Notes under the pieces: generated by a model
Told to the model about the DNA's origin: nothing
Databases searched by the model: none
The model's input: the letters and a program-made list of their open reading frames with translations, nothing else
Position numbers and translations under genes: made by a program
Source of the DNA: Prorocentrum cordatum
Lineage: Eukaryota
DNA: 64,000 bases
NCBI GenBank assembly: GCA_963575745.1
Contig: CAUYUJ010000114.1
Coordinates: 186,001 to 250,000, forward strand
Reading direction: 5' to 3'
Shown here: in pieces, positions 37,231 through 48,675 of the stretch
Position numbering within the stretch: position 1 is the stretch's first letter
Layout of the letters: every line of letters starts with the position of its first letter

Positions 37231-38159
37231 CTGGTAGACTGATGTAGAGAGCAAAAGTAAGGAGGGGGAAGAGGGGGGAGGAGGAGGAGGAGGAGGAGGA
37301 AAGAAGGAAGAGGAGACGCGGGGAATGTCTCTTCAAACGAGGATGGTTGGGAAAAAGAAGCGAGCCTCTGGAGGAGCACTTAAATTGAAAAACAGAATGG
37401 GCACTGGGGGGATCATCAACAATTGGTCTTTAGAAATGGGAATTCAACAATACTGGCCACTGGCAAGATCCGTATTGGGTCCTGGATTGATGCGTAAGTT
37501 TTCTTTCTATAGACGAGCGCGTTCCTCTGCTCGCGAAGTAGCTACTCGCATAATGCCTCGATCCGCCGCGGGGGATTCACGATAGATTACACTGAGGCAG
37601 ACGTGTGGTTTTTGACGTTTGCGAGTAGGCACTATGCGAGTAGCGGAACGCGCTCGGTGATTCTAAGACGACAAACTGCGTAAACATACACTTTCAGAGC
37701 GCCGCGCGGAGGTCTTGGGTCGGCGCTGGACTTCCCTCCCTGGGGTGCCAAGCACCGATCCAAGAATTCGCGCGAAGGTCCAAAAGTTTGTATTTAGAAA
37801 ACATGTTACTTCTGGTTCGACGCCTGGCGTGAACCTGGATAATTCTGCACCGATCCAAGGCTTGGAGAGACCTGGTCAGAATTGGGCGTTCGTTAAAGGG
37901 GGTGCAAAAAAAACGTGGGGTAAAGAAAGCTGCACCTTTCGTACACCGTCTGGGCCCGCGGTGGCAGTCTGGGGGCCATTTAAGGCCCCTTTCGGGCCCT
38001 GTAACGTCGTTCCTGCGTCCTGGACCCGAGGCCCGTGAAGGGCCCAAAGAGACCGAAAACAACGAAAAAACCTCAGGACCCGTTTGTCTCGGGACAAATT
38101 TCCCCCATGGTGAGGTCCGCCCGACAGGGCTGGTGGTGTTACGTTTGCCAGTATCCGAC

Positions 38160-41100
38160 CTCTGGGGCGAACTCCAGGCAGCCGGCGTTCTCGCGCACGC
38201 AGCGGCGCACGAAACCCACGTCGTCGAGCAGCCCCTGCGCAACGTGCCGGAGGGCGCCCCTGGCCTCGCGCACGGCCTCGAGCGCCAGCTCGGGATCGCC
38301 TCTGAGCTCGTCGCAGGCGTACTTCAGCGCTACGCCGTCCACCGAAGGAGAGAAAGCCGCACAAACAGAAAGCTGTCGGAGCCCCGCGCGGATCTCTTGG
38401 ATCGGCGCTGGACCACCGTCCCTGGCGCGCAAAGCGCCAGGGGCTGCGCCAGGAGGCGCCGCGAAAAGGGCCCAGCGCCAATCCGAGAAACCCGCGCGCG
38501 CCAGCAGCGGCGCCGGAGGGGGGAGCCCAGCGCCGATCCAAGAAAACCGCCCGCGCCAGCAGCGGCGCCGGAGGGGAGGCCAGCGCCAAGCCAAGAGATC
38601 CACGCGGAGCTCCGAAAGCTCTCTGCGTGCGCCAGTTCTTCCTCCTGCGGGTCAACTCGGACGGCGTGCAGCACCAGCTCCCGGTCGGCGCGCAGGGCGT
38701 CGGAGGCGAACTGCAGGGCCGTGCCGCTCTCCTCCAGGGCCTCGAGGATGAGCCCCCGGTCCGCCAGCAGCTCCTCGGCGGCGCCCAGTCGGGGGCGGCG
38801 CGGGGGGGCCAGCCTCTGAGAAGCGGTGAGGCTTCTCAAGAAGCAGGGGAACCCTCTGAAAAACCTACCCGGTTTCTGAGAGGGTTCCTTGGAAGCCTCC
38901 GGGGGCTTTCGCCGGGGAACGGAAACCAGTACAAAGATACAAACCTTCGGAGATCCGCGCGGGTTCCATGTATCGGTGATGGGGCCCCCTGGCGGCGCCT
39001 CCCGCGCCGCTCCTGGCGCGCTCCGCATGCCAGGGAAGGAGGGTCCGGCGCCGATCCGAGAAGCCCAGGCGGAGCTCCAAAAGGTTACTGCGCGGCGGGA
39101 ATTTATCCGCATCCACCGCCTGGGAAGCGACGTCCTGGTGCCCCAGCAGGCGGTGGATATAGAGAAATGTTGGTCCCCGGGGGCCCGATTATGCCCATGA
39201 TCATCCACCGCCTGTCGATGCCCCCGAAATTGATCCTCCAGGCGGCGGTCGTGCATGAATCCCGGCCCTGGGACCCGACGGGCAAGCGACGTGCAAGGCG
39301 ACTACGCAAACACTTGTTTGGTCTGCGGGTCAAGAGCGGGCCGCTTCCAGTCAAGAGCTAGGCGGGGCGCGCGAAGCACGACTTGGGGAGACAGGGCGCG
39401 GGCGGGCGGCGCCTCGGGCGGCCGGAAGGCGCGGGGCGCAGGCGGCGCCGAAGAGCTCGCACAGGAAAAGGTACGCCTTGGACAGGAGCCGGAAGCGAAA
39501 TCCCAGAGGGAGAGCGGAGCGGCGTTGCCGTCAACGGCGCGTCAGAAAAAACATCCTCGAGTGCTGCGTGGGGAGGGACGTGACCAGGTCGACGCCCGAG
39601 GGGTAGAGGAAGACCAGGCAGGCGAAGTGCAACAGGCGCCACCACCTGGTAAGGAGAGGCTCAGGAGATGAGGAGGACCACGAAGACGATGTGCAACGTT
39701 GTGCCATCGGGTGGTCGGTAGCGGCCTGGGGTGGTAGTCCAATCCACGTCCAGGTAGCAGCCAAGAGGTGCGGCCATAAGGGCCGTCTGTGTCCGCCTGC
39801 CGCGGGCCGGGCCTGAGCCGCGCTGCCCAGGGTGAACGAGGCCGCCGAGGCGGCAAGGTGCAGTGCCAGCACCAGGCCGGGGCCGCGCTGTGCCGGGCGC
39901 CGCCGCCATGGGAGGGGGGGAAAAGCGAGCGGGGAGGGAAGAAGCGAACAGGGAGGAGAGAGGCCGGCGTCCCACGCCAGCCGAAGCCCCGCCAGCATGC
40001 ACCGAAGTGCTCACGTGGGGGCAAGCCCCAATGCGTACAGGTAAGACCCGAGGCCCCAACGCGGGCGTGTCACGCACGTCGCTGGCGCACCTATGCGTCG
40101 CAGGTGGGTACAGGGAGGACACAGAGTTCCAGATCCTTGAACCTCATTCAGCCCATGGGTACAGGGGGGACACAGAATCCCAGATCCTCGAATCACAATC
40201 AGCCGATGGGTACAGGTAGGACACAGAGCCCCAGATCCTTTGGAAACAGCCGATGGGTACAGGGGGGACACAGACTACGCAAACACACAGCACCGACGGA
40301 AAAAAGTGGCGTCCCACGCCGGGTCATTCGCCAGCGTGGCAGTGCAGGACGCCGCGGCTCTTATTCGGACACAGGGACGGCCGACAAAGAAACGCGGGCC
40401 GGGCAAAAGGCCAAAACGGGCGCCCGCCTCGGATTTATGCTTCCGCCGCTCTGCTCTTCTCCCAGTACAAGAGGGCCCCTGCCTGCCAGCCAAGACCCCT
40501 CCACCTTCGTGGGAGGCGGCCCCCCCCGCCCCCCGGGGGGGGGGGCCGCTCGGCCAGCGAGGCAACGGGCCAAGCCTGTGGGGGCGAATCGGCGGCGAGC
40601 TAGGGGGGGGGGGAGGGGCAAGCGAGAGGGAGAAAGCCTCCTCAGAAGGCCGGCGGGACTTCCCTGCAGCCCCTGCGCTTTCTGGGAGCCCTCAAATGGA
40701 ATCCTATCAGGGCTGCGTCCAGCTCTAATAGAATCCTACTAGGGCTGCGTCCAGCTCTTATAGAATCATAGTAGAGCTGCGTCCAGCTCGAATGGAATCC
40801 TACTAGAGCTGCGTCCAGCCGGCGAGGCACAACCGCCTTCGCATCGTGACTCGAGCATGCCATCTCGGTGCTATGTGCTTCCTTGCTGGGACTTCCCCGC
40901 TCGTACGGCCTCCTCTCCTCCCTGTCCTCCTCGTCCTCCTCGCTCTTCCTTCCAGCCAGGTTTCACGATTTTAGCGCTCATGCGAGTCGTGCTTTCACAC
41001 GGATGTAGTGCCGCTCCTTCACAGCCTGGGGTTTCCGGCAAAGAGCCGGTGGCCCGAATTTCGGCTACGCTTGCAGGACAGCTTCTGGCCGCTACTGCGG

Positions 41101-42934
41101 TGGCCTCTGGTCTTTTCGGCGCGTGGTTGGCGCGCCGGGGCCTCCTCGTTTGGAGTTGGCTGCGGTCTTGACGACGCCAGGCCCCTTCCTCACGCACGCA
41201 CGCACGCGAAGCCAAGCATCCACAGGGACGCGCAGGCAGAGACGAGGTGCTCGGTGGCAACTCTCCTCTTGAAGTTTTCCTCGTCTATGGGACAGGCTTA
41301 GAACACTTCTCAGAAGGCCAGAGGACTTCCGAGCCTTCTGAAAAAGCCCGCCCCTCCTCACTTCCCTCCCGGGCTCGCCGCCGAATGAAGTAGAAAGGCG
41401 TTGAAGATAGGCTGCACCTCCGCCCACCCCCTGCAGAGGAGAAAGGAGGGAAAGCCGCTCGAGCGCTGAAGCAGGAAAGCGCCTAAAACATGTTCGAAGT
41501 AGGAACACCTGGAGTAGGATCGCTGAAGCAGAATCGCTGAAGTAGGAAACCCGCTCGATCGCTAAAGTAGGATTCCGCCGTGGGCGCCGCCCCGCCGCCC
41601 GCGCCCCGCCGTGGGCGCCCCGCCGCGGGCGCCCCGCCGCGGGCGCCCCGCCGCGGGCGCCCCCGAGCTCCTCCGCCGCCAGGCCGAGCGCCTGCACGTC
41701 CGCCCGGGCCGCCTCCAGCACCAGGGCGCGGTCCGCGCGCAGCGCCGCGGGCGCCAGCTCCAGGGCCTTCCCAGAAGGCTTAGGTCGGGCGTGTCCCCCT
41801 ACAGGCGGATTTTTTGGCAGAACAAATAAAAATAGTCGCAAAAATGTACCAACAATGATCGAACAATACTTTAAAAAAATGGCATGGTCCCCCGATTCAC
41901 TATTTTTGAATATTCCCCGTGTAGAGGGACAGGCCCGACTTAACAGAAGGCTCAAGGGCTTCAGAGAAGTCTCGCTTCCCCCCCCCCAGCTCGCCGCCGA
42001 CCCGCCCCCACGGGCGTGGCCTGGGCCCCGCTGGCCGAGTTACCCATCCCTGGATGGGGACATGGCCTGTTCGCTGCGAGCTTCGAGAGGCACGTCCCCG
42101 ACTGGGACGGTGGCATGGTAGGGACCAGGATGGGGATGGGGACAAGGACCCGTTCACCGGTACTGACCTTCCAATCCCGCCGGACGGCCTCGAGGACCAG
42201 CTCCCGGTCGCCCCGCAGCTCCTCTCGGGGAGACGGAAGACTCGGGTTCGGGCCTGACGAGGCCATCATGACAATAACGAGGCCCCGTCTGAAACTTGAC
42301 GCGAGCTCCCGCTGCAGACATCCCACGAAAACCGGGCCGTCGTGACCCAGGACGCGCTCGTCAAGAAGCCTCGGCAAACCCGAGTTCCGGCGCACTCGAG
42401 TCTTACAGTCAAAACTGATAATAAGGATGCGCGATAAGGATGCAAGCCCCTTGGACGCCCGTGTTGAAGTTTTTTCGAGCAGGGCGGGCCATCGAATGTA
42501 CTCAAAGATGGACCAAACAGGCATGGAAGCAAGGGTGCCCTTGGGGAGGCCACCCATCCTTACCACCGATTTCGACTGCACGTTTCCACCATCGTCTGGA
42601 GGCAGAATAGAAGGACCTGAGCGTAAACCTTCGGAGCTCCGCGCGGACCTGGGCTCGGCGCCGGAAGCGCCAGCTCCACGAAATCATCCGCGCGGAGCTC
42701 CGGGAGGTTCCAGCCAGAGCGCGCATAGCAAGGAGGAGCAACTTCCCAAGGTTACCCTTGCATCCTTGCCCTTTCGGCCCATCCAATCGAACGCCGTCAA
42801 CATGGCCTCCCAAGGCCCTTGCGTCCTCACCGCGCATCCTCATGATGCGTTTTGACTGTATGCTCATGCCGTTGTCTGTTCCTCGGTCCTCGCCGCTCAG
42901 CCCCAGCGCCTTCCAGTCCTGGCGCAGCGCCTCC
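38160..42934 (-). CDS. Multi-exon DUF4116-type repeat protein gene (partial)
   Basis: Exons: ~42934-42890 EALRQDWKALGLSGE; 42221-42168 ELRGDRELVLEAVRRDWK; 41766-41671 ALELAPAALRADRALVLEAARADVQALGLAAE; 38773-~38645 ELLADRGLILEALEESGTALQFASDALRADRELVLHAV; ~38331-38160 ALKYACDELRGDPELALEAV...CLEFAPE. GA and GT donors, AG acceptors. Confidence 0.75.
40105..40275. repeat. ~50-bp tandem repeat (4 units)
   Basis: GGGTACAGGG..GACACAGA..CCAGATCCT recurs. Confidence 0.8.
40698..40820. repeat. ~31-34-bp tandem repeat (4 units)
   Basis: GAATCCTACTAGGGCTGCGTCCAGCTC recurs. Confidence 0.8.
41780..41943. mobile_element. 164-bp MITE, same TIR family as 4914-5061, 8-bp TSD
   Basis: TTAGGTCGGGCGTGTCCCCTACA...TGTAGAGGGACAGGCCCGACTTAA flanked by CAGAAGGC (41772-41779 and 41944-41951). 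Confidence 0.85.
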
Positions 42935-44010
42935 CATAGAGGGGACAAAAAAGGGAGCCACATGACCAAGACTGAGCGCGGAGACGTCGGTGTCAATATT
43001 GGTCACCGTCCATCCTCCTCCTCCTCCTCCTCCTCCTACTCCTCCTCCTCCTCCTCCTGCTCCTCCTCCTCCTCCTTCTCCTCCTCCCCCGCTGCCCCCT
43101 CCCCCTCCTCCCCCTCCCCCTCCTCTCCCTCTCCTCCTCCTCCTCCCCCTCCCCCATCCCACTCTTCTGCTCCCCCCGGGGAACCTGAGAGCACCGTCCA
43201 TCTTGGTCACCGTCCATACTGGTGAGAGTCAACTCGTGGATCATATCCTCGCGAATCGACGGCGGCTGGTATGGACCGTGACCAAGACCGACGTCGGCAC
43301 CATCCACTCACCATCCACTGAATTGTTGTTTTACGGTCCTGGGGCCCAGCGAGGACCCCAGAACGCCGAACAGATCGACAACACGAAAACAAAAACACAG
43401 AAACCTAAACCACAGCAGCAACAACAACAACAGCAACAGAAACAGAAACAGCAACAGCAACAACAACAACAGCATCGACCAACGACAACGACAACAGCAT
43501 TAGTAACAGCAACAACGGCAGCATTAAGGTAACTTAAAACTATTCGCTCGTATCTGCTCGCGGATCATTCGACGTGCATTTAGCGCGGCCAGTAAGGCAG
43601 GGGAGAAAGGAGGAGGGAGAGAAGGGAGAAGGAGGAGGGAGAAGGATTGAACACGAGAGAGAATAGCAGGAGTGGGGCAAGGAAAAGAAATTAAAGGAAG
43701 AACAAGACGGGCGGATCGGGCGGGTAAACCCTAACGGGCGGGTCGGGAAGGCGTTGCTGACACACCGCGATTCCCGAGTAGATCTTGAGAGAGGCCAGAG
43801 CGGGAACGCGATTTCGGAATGTCGAGGGCGCGCCGCCCGAACAGATTCCGAGGAAGACCGCTCGAGAGTGCGATTATTCTATACATTGTGAGGAAGTCCA
43901 GCGCCAGCGCCAGAGTTTGAATAAAATGCGCAGCAGCAACAACAACAACAACAACAGCAGCAGCAACAGCAGCAACAACAGAAAATCAAAAGCAAAGCAA
44001 CAACAACCGC

Positions 44011-44049
<39 letters not shown>

Positions 44050-46089
44050 CATTTAAGACTGGGGACACTCCGTTCTCACCAGTGCCAGGGTTTTCATAGG
44101 AGGCGGGCAATACCCCCACTTTGTGGGGGGGCCGGTTCAAGCTCTACCAAATTTCCAAACGACTCTTCGCCACCACCCACACCCAGCTTCCCGCCCTATG
44201 ACGTTCGGACACTTCACTTCGTGGCATGCGGACGACCGTGGCTACTATTCAGGGCCCCGCGGCCGACGACGACGGCGTGCGCGCGCGAAGAAAAAACGAA
44301 TGTGTCCAATATGGTATTATTTGACAGGGATGATGGCCCTGGCATGCGCGCAACCGTTGTTGCAGAAGTTCGAAGCACGTGAAAAAGTTGCTCGCAAGAG
44401 CCCGTTTGACAGAAATGTTGAAAAAATAGTGGGTTTCCTCAGAAATCCGCAAGAGCGCGCGGGATGAATTTTGAAACTTTTTTTTTGAAAAACCATTGGG
44501 TTTTTCATGTTTTTATGTTAAAATCGTTACGAAAACTAAGGTTTTGGAAGGATTTCATCTTGCGCGCGCGAGTGTGCACTTCGTGTCATTTTCTTCAAAG
44601 GATTCTTGAAGTTTGGTTATGTTAGAACAAGAAATTTCATTTTATAGTGTTTTTTGCAAGGGAAAGCGGGCGTCAACAAAACAACCGGATCTGGATGACA
44701 TCGTTTTACCTGAGACTTCCTCACGAAAATTATGAAAATGTGGCTGCGGCCTAGGCGCGGGGAAGGGGGCGTGCACCAGGGGGCCCAACAATAATTATTC
44801 TTTAGAATTAATAATGTTCAACAACAACAACAATAACAACATTCATTGTAAGACTGTTCGCTCCGATCTGCCCGCGTGCCACTCAACGAATACATCCCAA
44901 ACCATCCGTACCAGCCCTCTTCGTCAACGATCGTACACCCATGGGGATACATTTCGCGCGGACCCCAAGGCAGGGAAAGAGAGGATGGATGGAAGGAAAA
45001 GACAGTGGGGAGGGAGGAGGATGGAGCACGAGAGAGATTAGCAGGACGGGGGCTGGGAGCAGAAAACACGTGGCAGAACCAGACGGGCAGATCAGGCAAG
45101 ACCCTAACGGGCAAGCCCGGAAGGCGGGCCAAGGCGGCCAGGTCAAGCAGGCGGGTTGCTGAAGCGTGAGTCCTGCATGAATCGCAAAGAAGTCTCGAAT
45201 GACAGCGCGATCCCCAAGTGAATCGTGAGAAAATCCTGGGCGAGAGCGTGACCCCTGAGTGTGAAGGGGGGGCGTCTGAATGAAGTGCGAAGACGTCCCA
45301 CGCGAAGGGCCAATTCCTGCATGAAGTAAGTCCCGCCCGATAGTACGATTCTGGAATGGACGGTGGGGAAGTATGAAGAGGAAGTCGTCATTGTTGTGGT
45401 TCGAATCCAAACAAAGCACTTTGAGCAGGAAGACTTTCCCTGAATAAAAAACAGGGTTCGGGCCCCGAGGTCATTTTCCAACTGAAAAAACATACTGTGC
45501 ACCGGTGGGGCGGGATCAACAGCAATTATTCCTCAGAAGTGAGAGTTCAACAACAACAACAACAACAACAACAGCAGCAGCAGCAGAAGCAACAACACCA
45601 GTCATTGTAAGACTGTTCGCTCGTATCTGTTCGCGGGCCACTTAGCATGCACATCCCGGGCCCAAGATACCCGCCCTCTTTTTCGTCTTCGATCGTACCC
45701 CATTGGGGGTAGAAGGCGGCAAGGTCGAGCGGGCGGTTGGCTGAAGCCTGCGTCCTGCATGAATCGCGTGGAAGTGTCGAGCGACAGCGCGATTCTCAAA
45801 TAAATCATGATGACATCCTACGCGGGAGCGCGATTCCTGATTCAATTGTGAGGACTTCCCGCGCAAGAGCGCGATGTGGGAATTTATTGTGGAAGTATCG
45901 GGCTGGAGCCGCTGTTGCTGTAAACCGGGGCCCGGGGGTACAGTGGGTGGCACCTCCCTTCGCCTTATAGAAAACAGAGTGCGAGTCCCTGGGGAACCGT
46001 ATTTGCTAAACATGATATGGAGACTGGGGTGATAAACAACAACTGATACGTCGAAAAGAAAACTCGTCAACAACAGTTGGTAAACATTT

Positions 46090-46134
46090 TATCACTACTA
46101 CTACTACTACTACGACTACCACTACTGATACTGA

Positions 46135-46179
<45 letters not shown>

Positions 46180-46393
46180 CACTACTACTTCCACTCCTTC
46201 TACTACTACTACTACTACTACTATTACTACGACGACTACTACTACTACTACTACTACTACTAATAATAATAATAATAATACGACTACTACTACTACTACT
46301 ACTGCTACTACTACTACTACTATTACTACTACAACGACTGCTACTACTACGACTACTCCGACTACTACTACTACTACTACGACTACTACTACG

Positions 46394-46425
<32 letters not shown>

Positions 46426-46469
46426 CACTACTACTACTACTAGTAGAAATACTACTACGACGACTACTA

Positions 46470-46505
<36 letters not shown>

Positions 46506-46606
46506 GTATTACGAAGACTACTACGACTACTACGACTACGACGACTACGAATGCTGCTGCTACTACTACTACTACTACCACTACCACTACTACTACTACT
46601 ACAACG

Positions 46607-46659
<53 letters not shown>

Positions 46660-46726
46660 TACTACGACTACTGCTACCACTACTGCCACTATTACGACTA
46701 CTGCTACTACTAGTGCTACTACTACG

Positions 46727-46760
<34 letters not shown>

Positions 46761-46795
46761 TACTACTATACTACTACTACTTCCACTACTACTAT

Positions 46796-46832
<37 letters not shown>

Positions 46833-46891
46833 GCGACTACTGCTACTATTACTGCTACTACTACTACTACTACCACTCATATAATCAGCCT

Positions 46892-46922
<31 letters not shown>

Positions 46923-46927
46923 GACTG

Positions 46928-46964
<37 letters not shown>

Positions 46965-47226
46965 TACTACTACTACTACTACTACTACAACTACTACTAC
47001 TACTACTACGACTACTGCGACCACTACTACTACGACTACTACTTCCACGACTAACACCATTAACACTACTACGGCTGCCACTACTACTAACTAAGACTGA
47101 TACGACTACGATTGCCACTACAACTACTACTACTACTACTACTACTACAACTACGAATACTACTAACTACTACGACTACCGCTGCTACTAATAATACGAT
47201 TACGATCACAACTACTACTAGGACAA

Positions 47227-47262
<36 letters not shown>

Positions 47263-47368
47263 CACTACTACTACTACTACTACAACTACTGGTGTTACGA
47301 CGACCGCTACGATTACTAGCACTGCTGCTACTACTACTACTACTAATACTACTACTACGACTACTGCG

Positions 47369-47403
<35 letters not shown>

Positions 47404-47409
47404 GACCAT

Positions 47410-47446
<37 letters not shown>

Positions 47447-47964
47447 GCTGATACGGCGACTACTCCTACTACTCCTACTACGACTACGACTACTACTACT
47501 ACCACTACTACGACTACTACTACCACTACTACAACTAGTACTGTTAATACTACTGCGACTACTACTACTACTACGATTGCTGCTACTACTACTTCTTCTA
47601 CTACAACTACGCCTACGACCTTGACTACGACGACTAGTACGACGACTACTACTACTACTAATACTTCTACTACTACTTCTACTGCTACGACCACTACTAC
47701 TGCTACTACTACTTCGACGGCGACGACTACGAATACTCAACTATTACTTCTACCACGGCTACGACTGCTACTACTACTGCTACTACTATTACGACGTCTA
47801 CTACAACTTCTGCAGCTACCATTACCACTGCTGCTACTACTACTACCACTACTACTCCCACTACTACCACTACTACTACTACTACTACTACTGCTACTAC
47901 TACTACTACTACTGCAACAACTACTACTACTACTACTACTACTACTGCAACTACTACTACTACG

Positions 47965-47996
<32 letters not shown>

Positions 47997-47997
47997 G

Positions 47998-48046
<49 letters not shown>
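46090..48046. repeat. ~2-kb degenerate (CTA)n microsatellite
   Basis: Directly visible. Confidence 0.97.
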
Positions 48047-48675
48047 GGTCTCGTGCACCACATCACCACGGCTCAACCGCCTTGGGATGAGCGTCCTTGT
48101 GGCTGCCTCATTTCCAGTATGTAGCGAGCACCTCTTCTGGGTGAAATGGCGGGTCAGACGTGCATGCAGCGGCGGGCGCTTATCCGAGGGCGGCTGGCCC
48201 CCACGACCCAGAGTAAAGCGACAGCGGCGGCGCGGCAGCACGCGGGGCGACCCCAGTACCGCCATCGAGGCCAACGAGCGCAAGTAGGCGCGAGAAGAGG
48301 CCAGGATGGCAAACCAAAATGGCTAGGCGAACAGCGGCGGCACAGCAGCACGCGGGGCGACCCCAGTACCGCCAGCGAGGCCAACGGGCGCAAGTAGGCG
48401 CGGGAAGAGGCCAGGATGGCAAGCCAAAATGGCTAGGCGCGCAGTTGACCGCGCGAAAGGCGAAGAGCGAAGAACTAAGCAACAGGGCCCACGGCGCTAG
48501 GGGGGGCACCACTGTGGGCGCACCCGCGCGAGCTGGCACAGCGGCGCTGCTACAGCTGGAGCGCAAGCGAGCATGCAGGCTCAGCATACAGCTCGGGACC
48601 TTAACTCAAGAACTCACGCGGCCCCCCTGAGGGCTCAGAAGTAAACAATGCTGGGGGCCTGCAGAGTCTCAGTGT

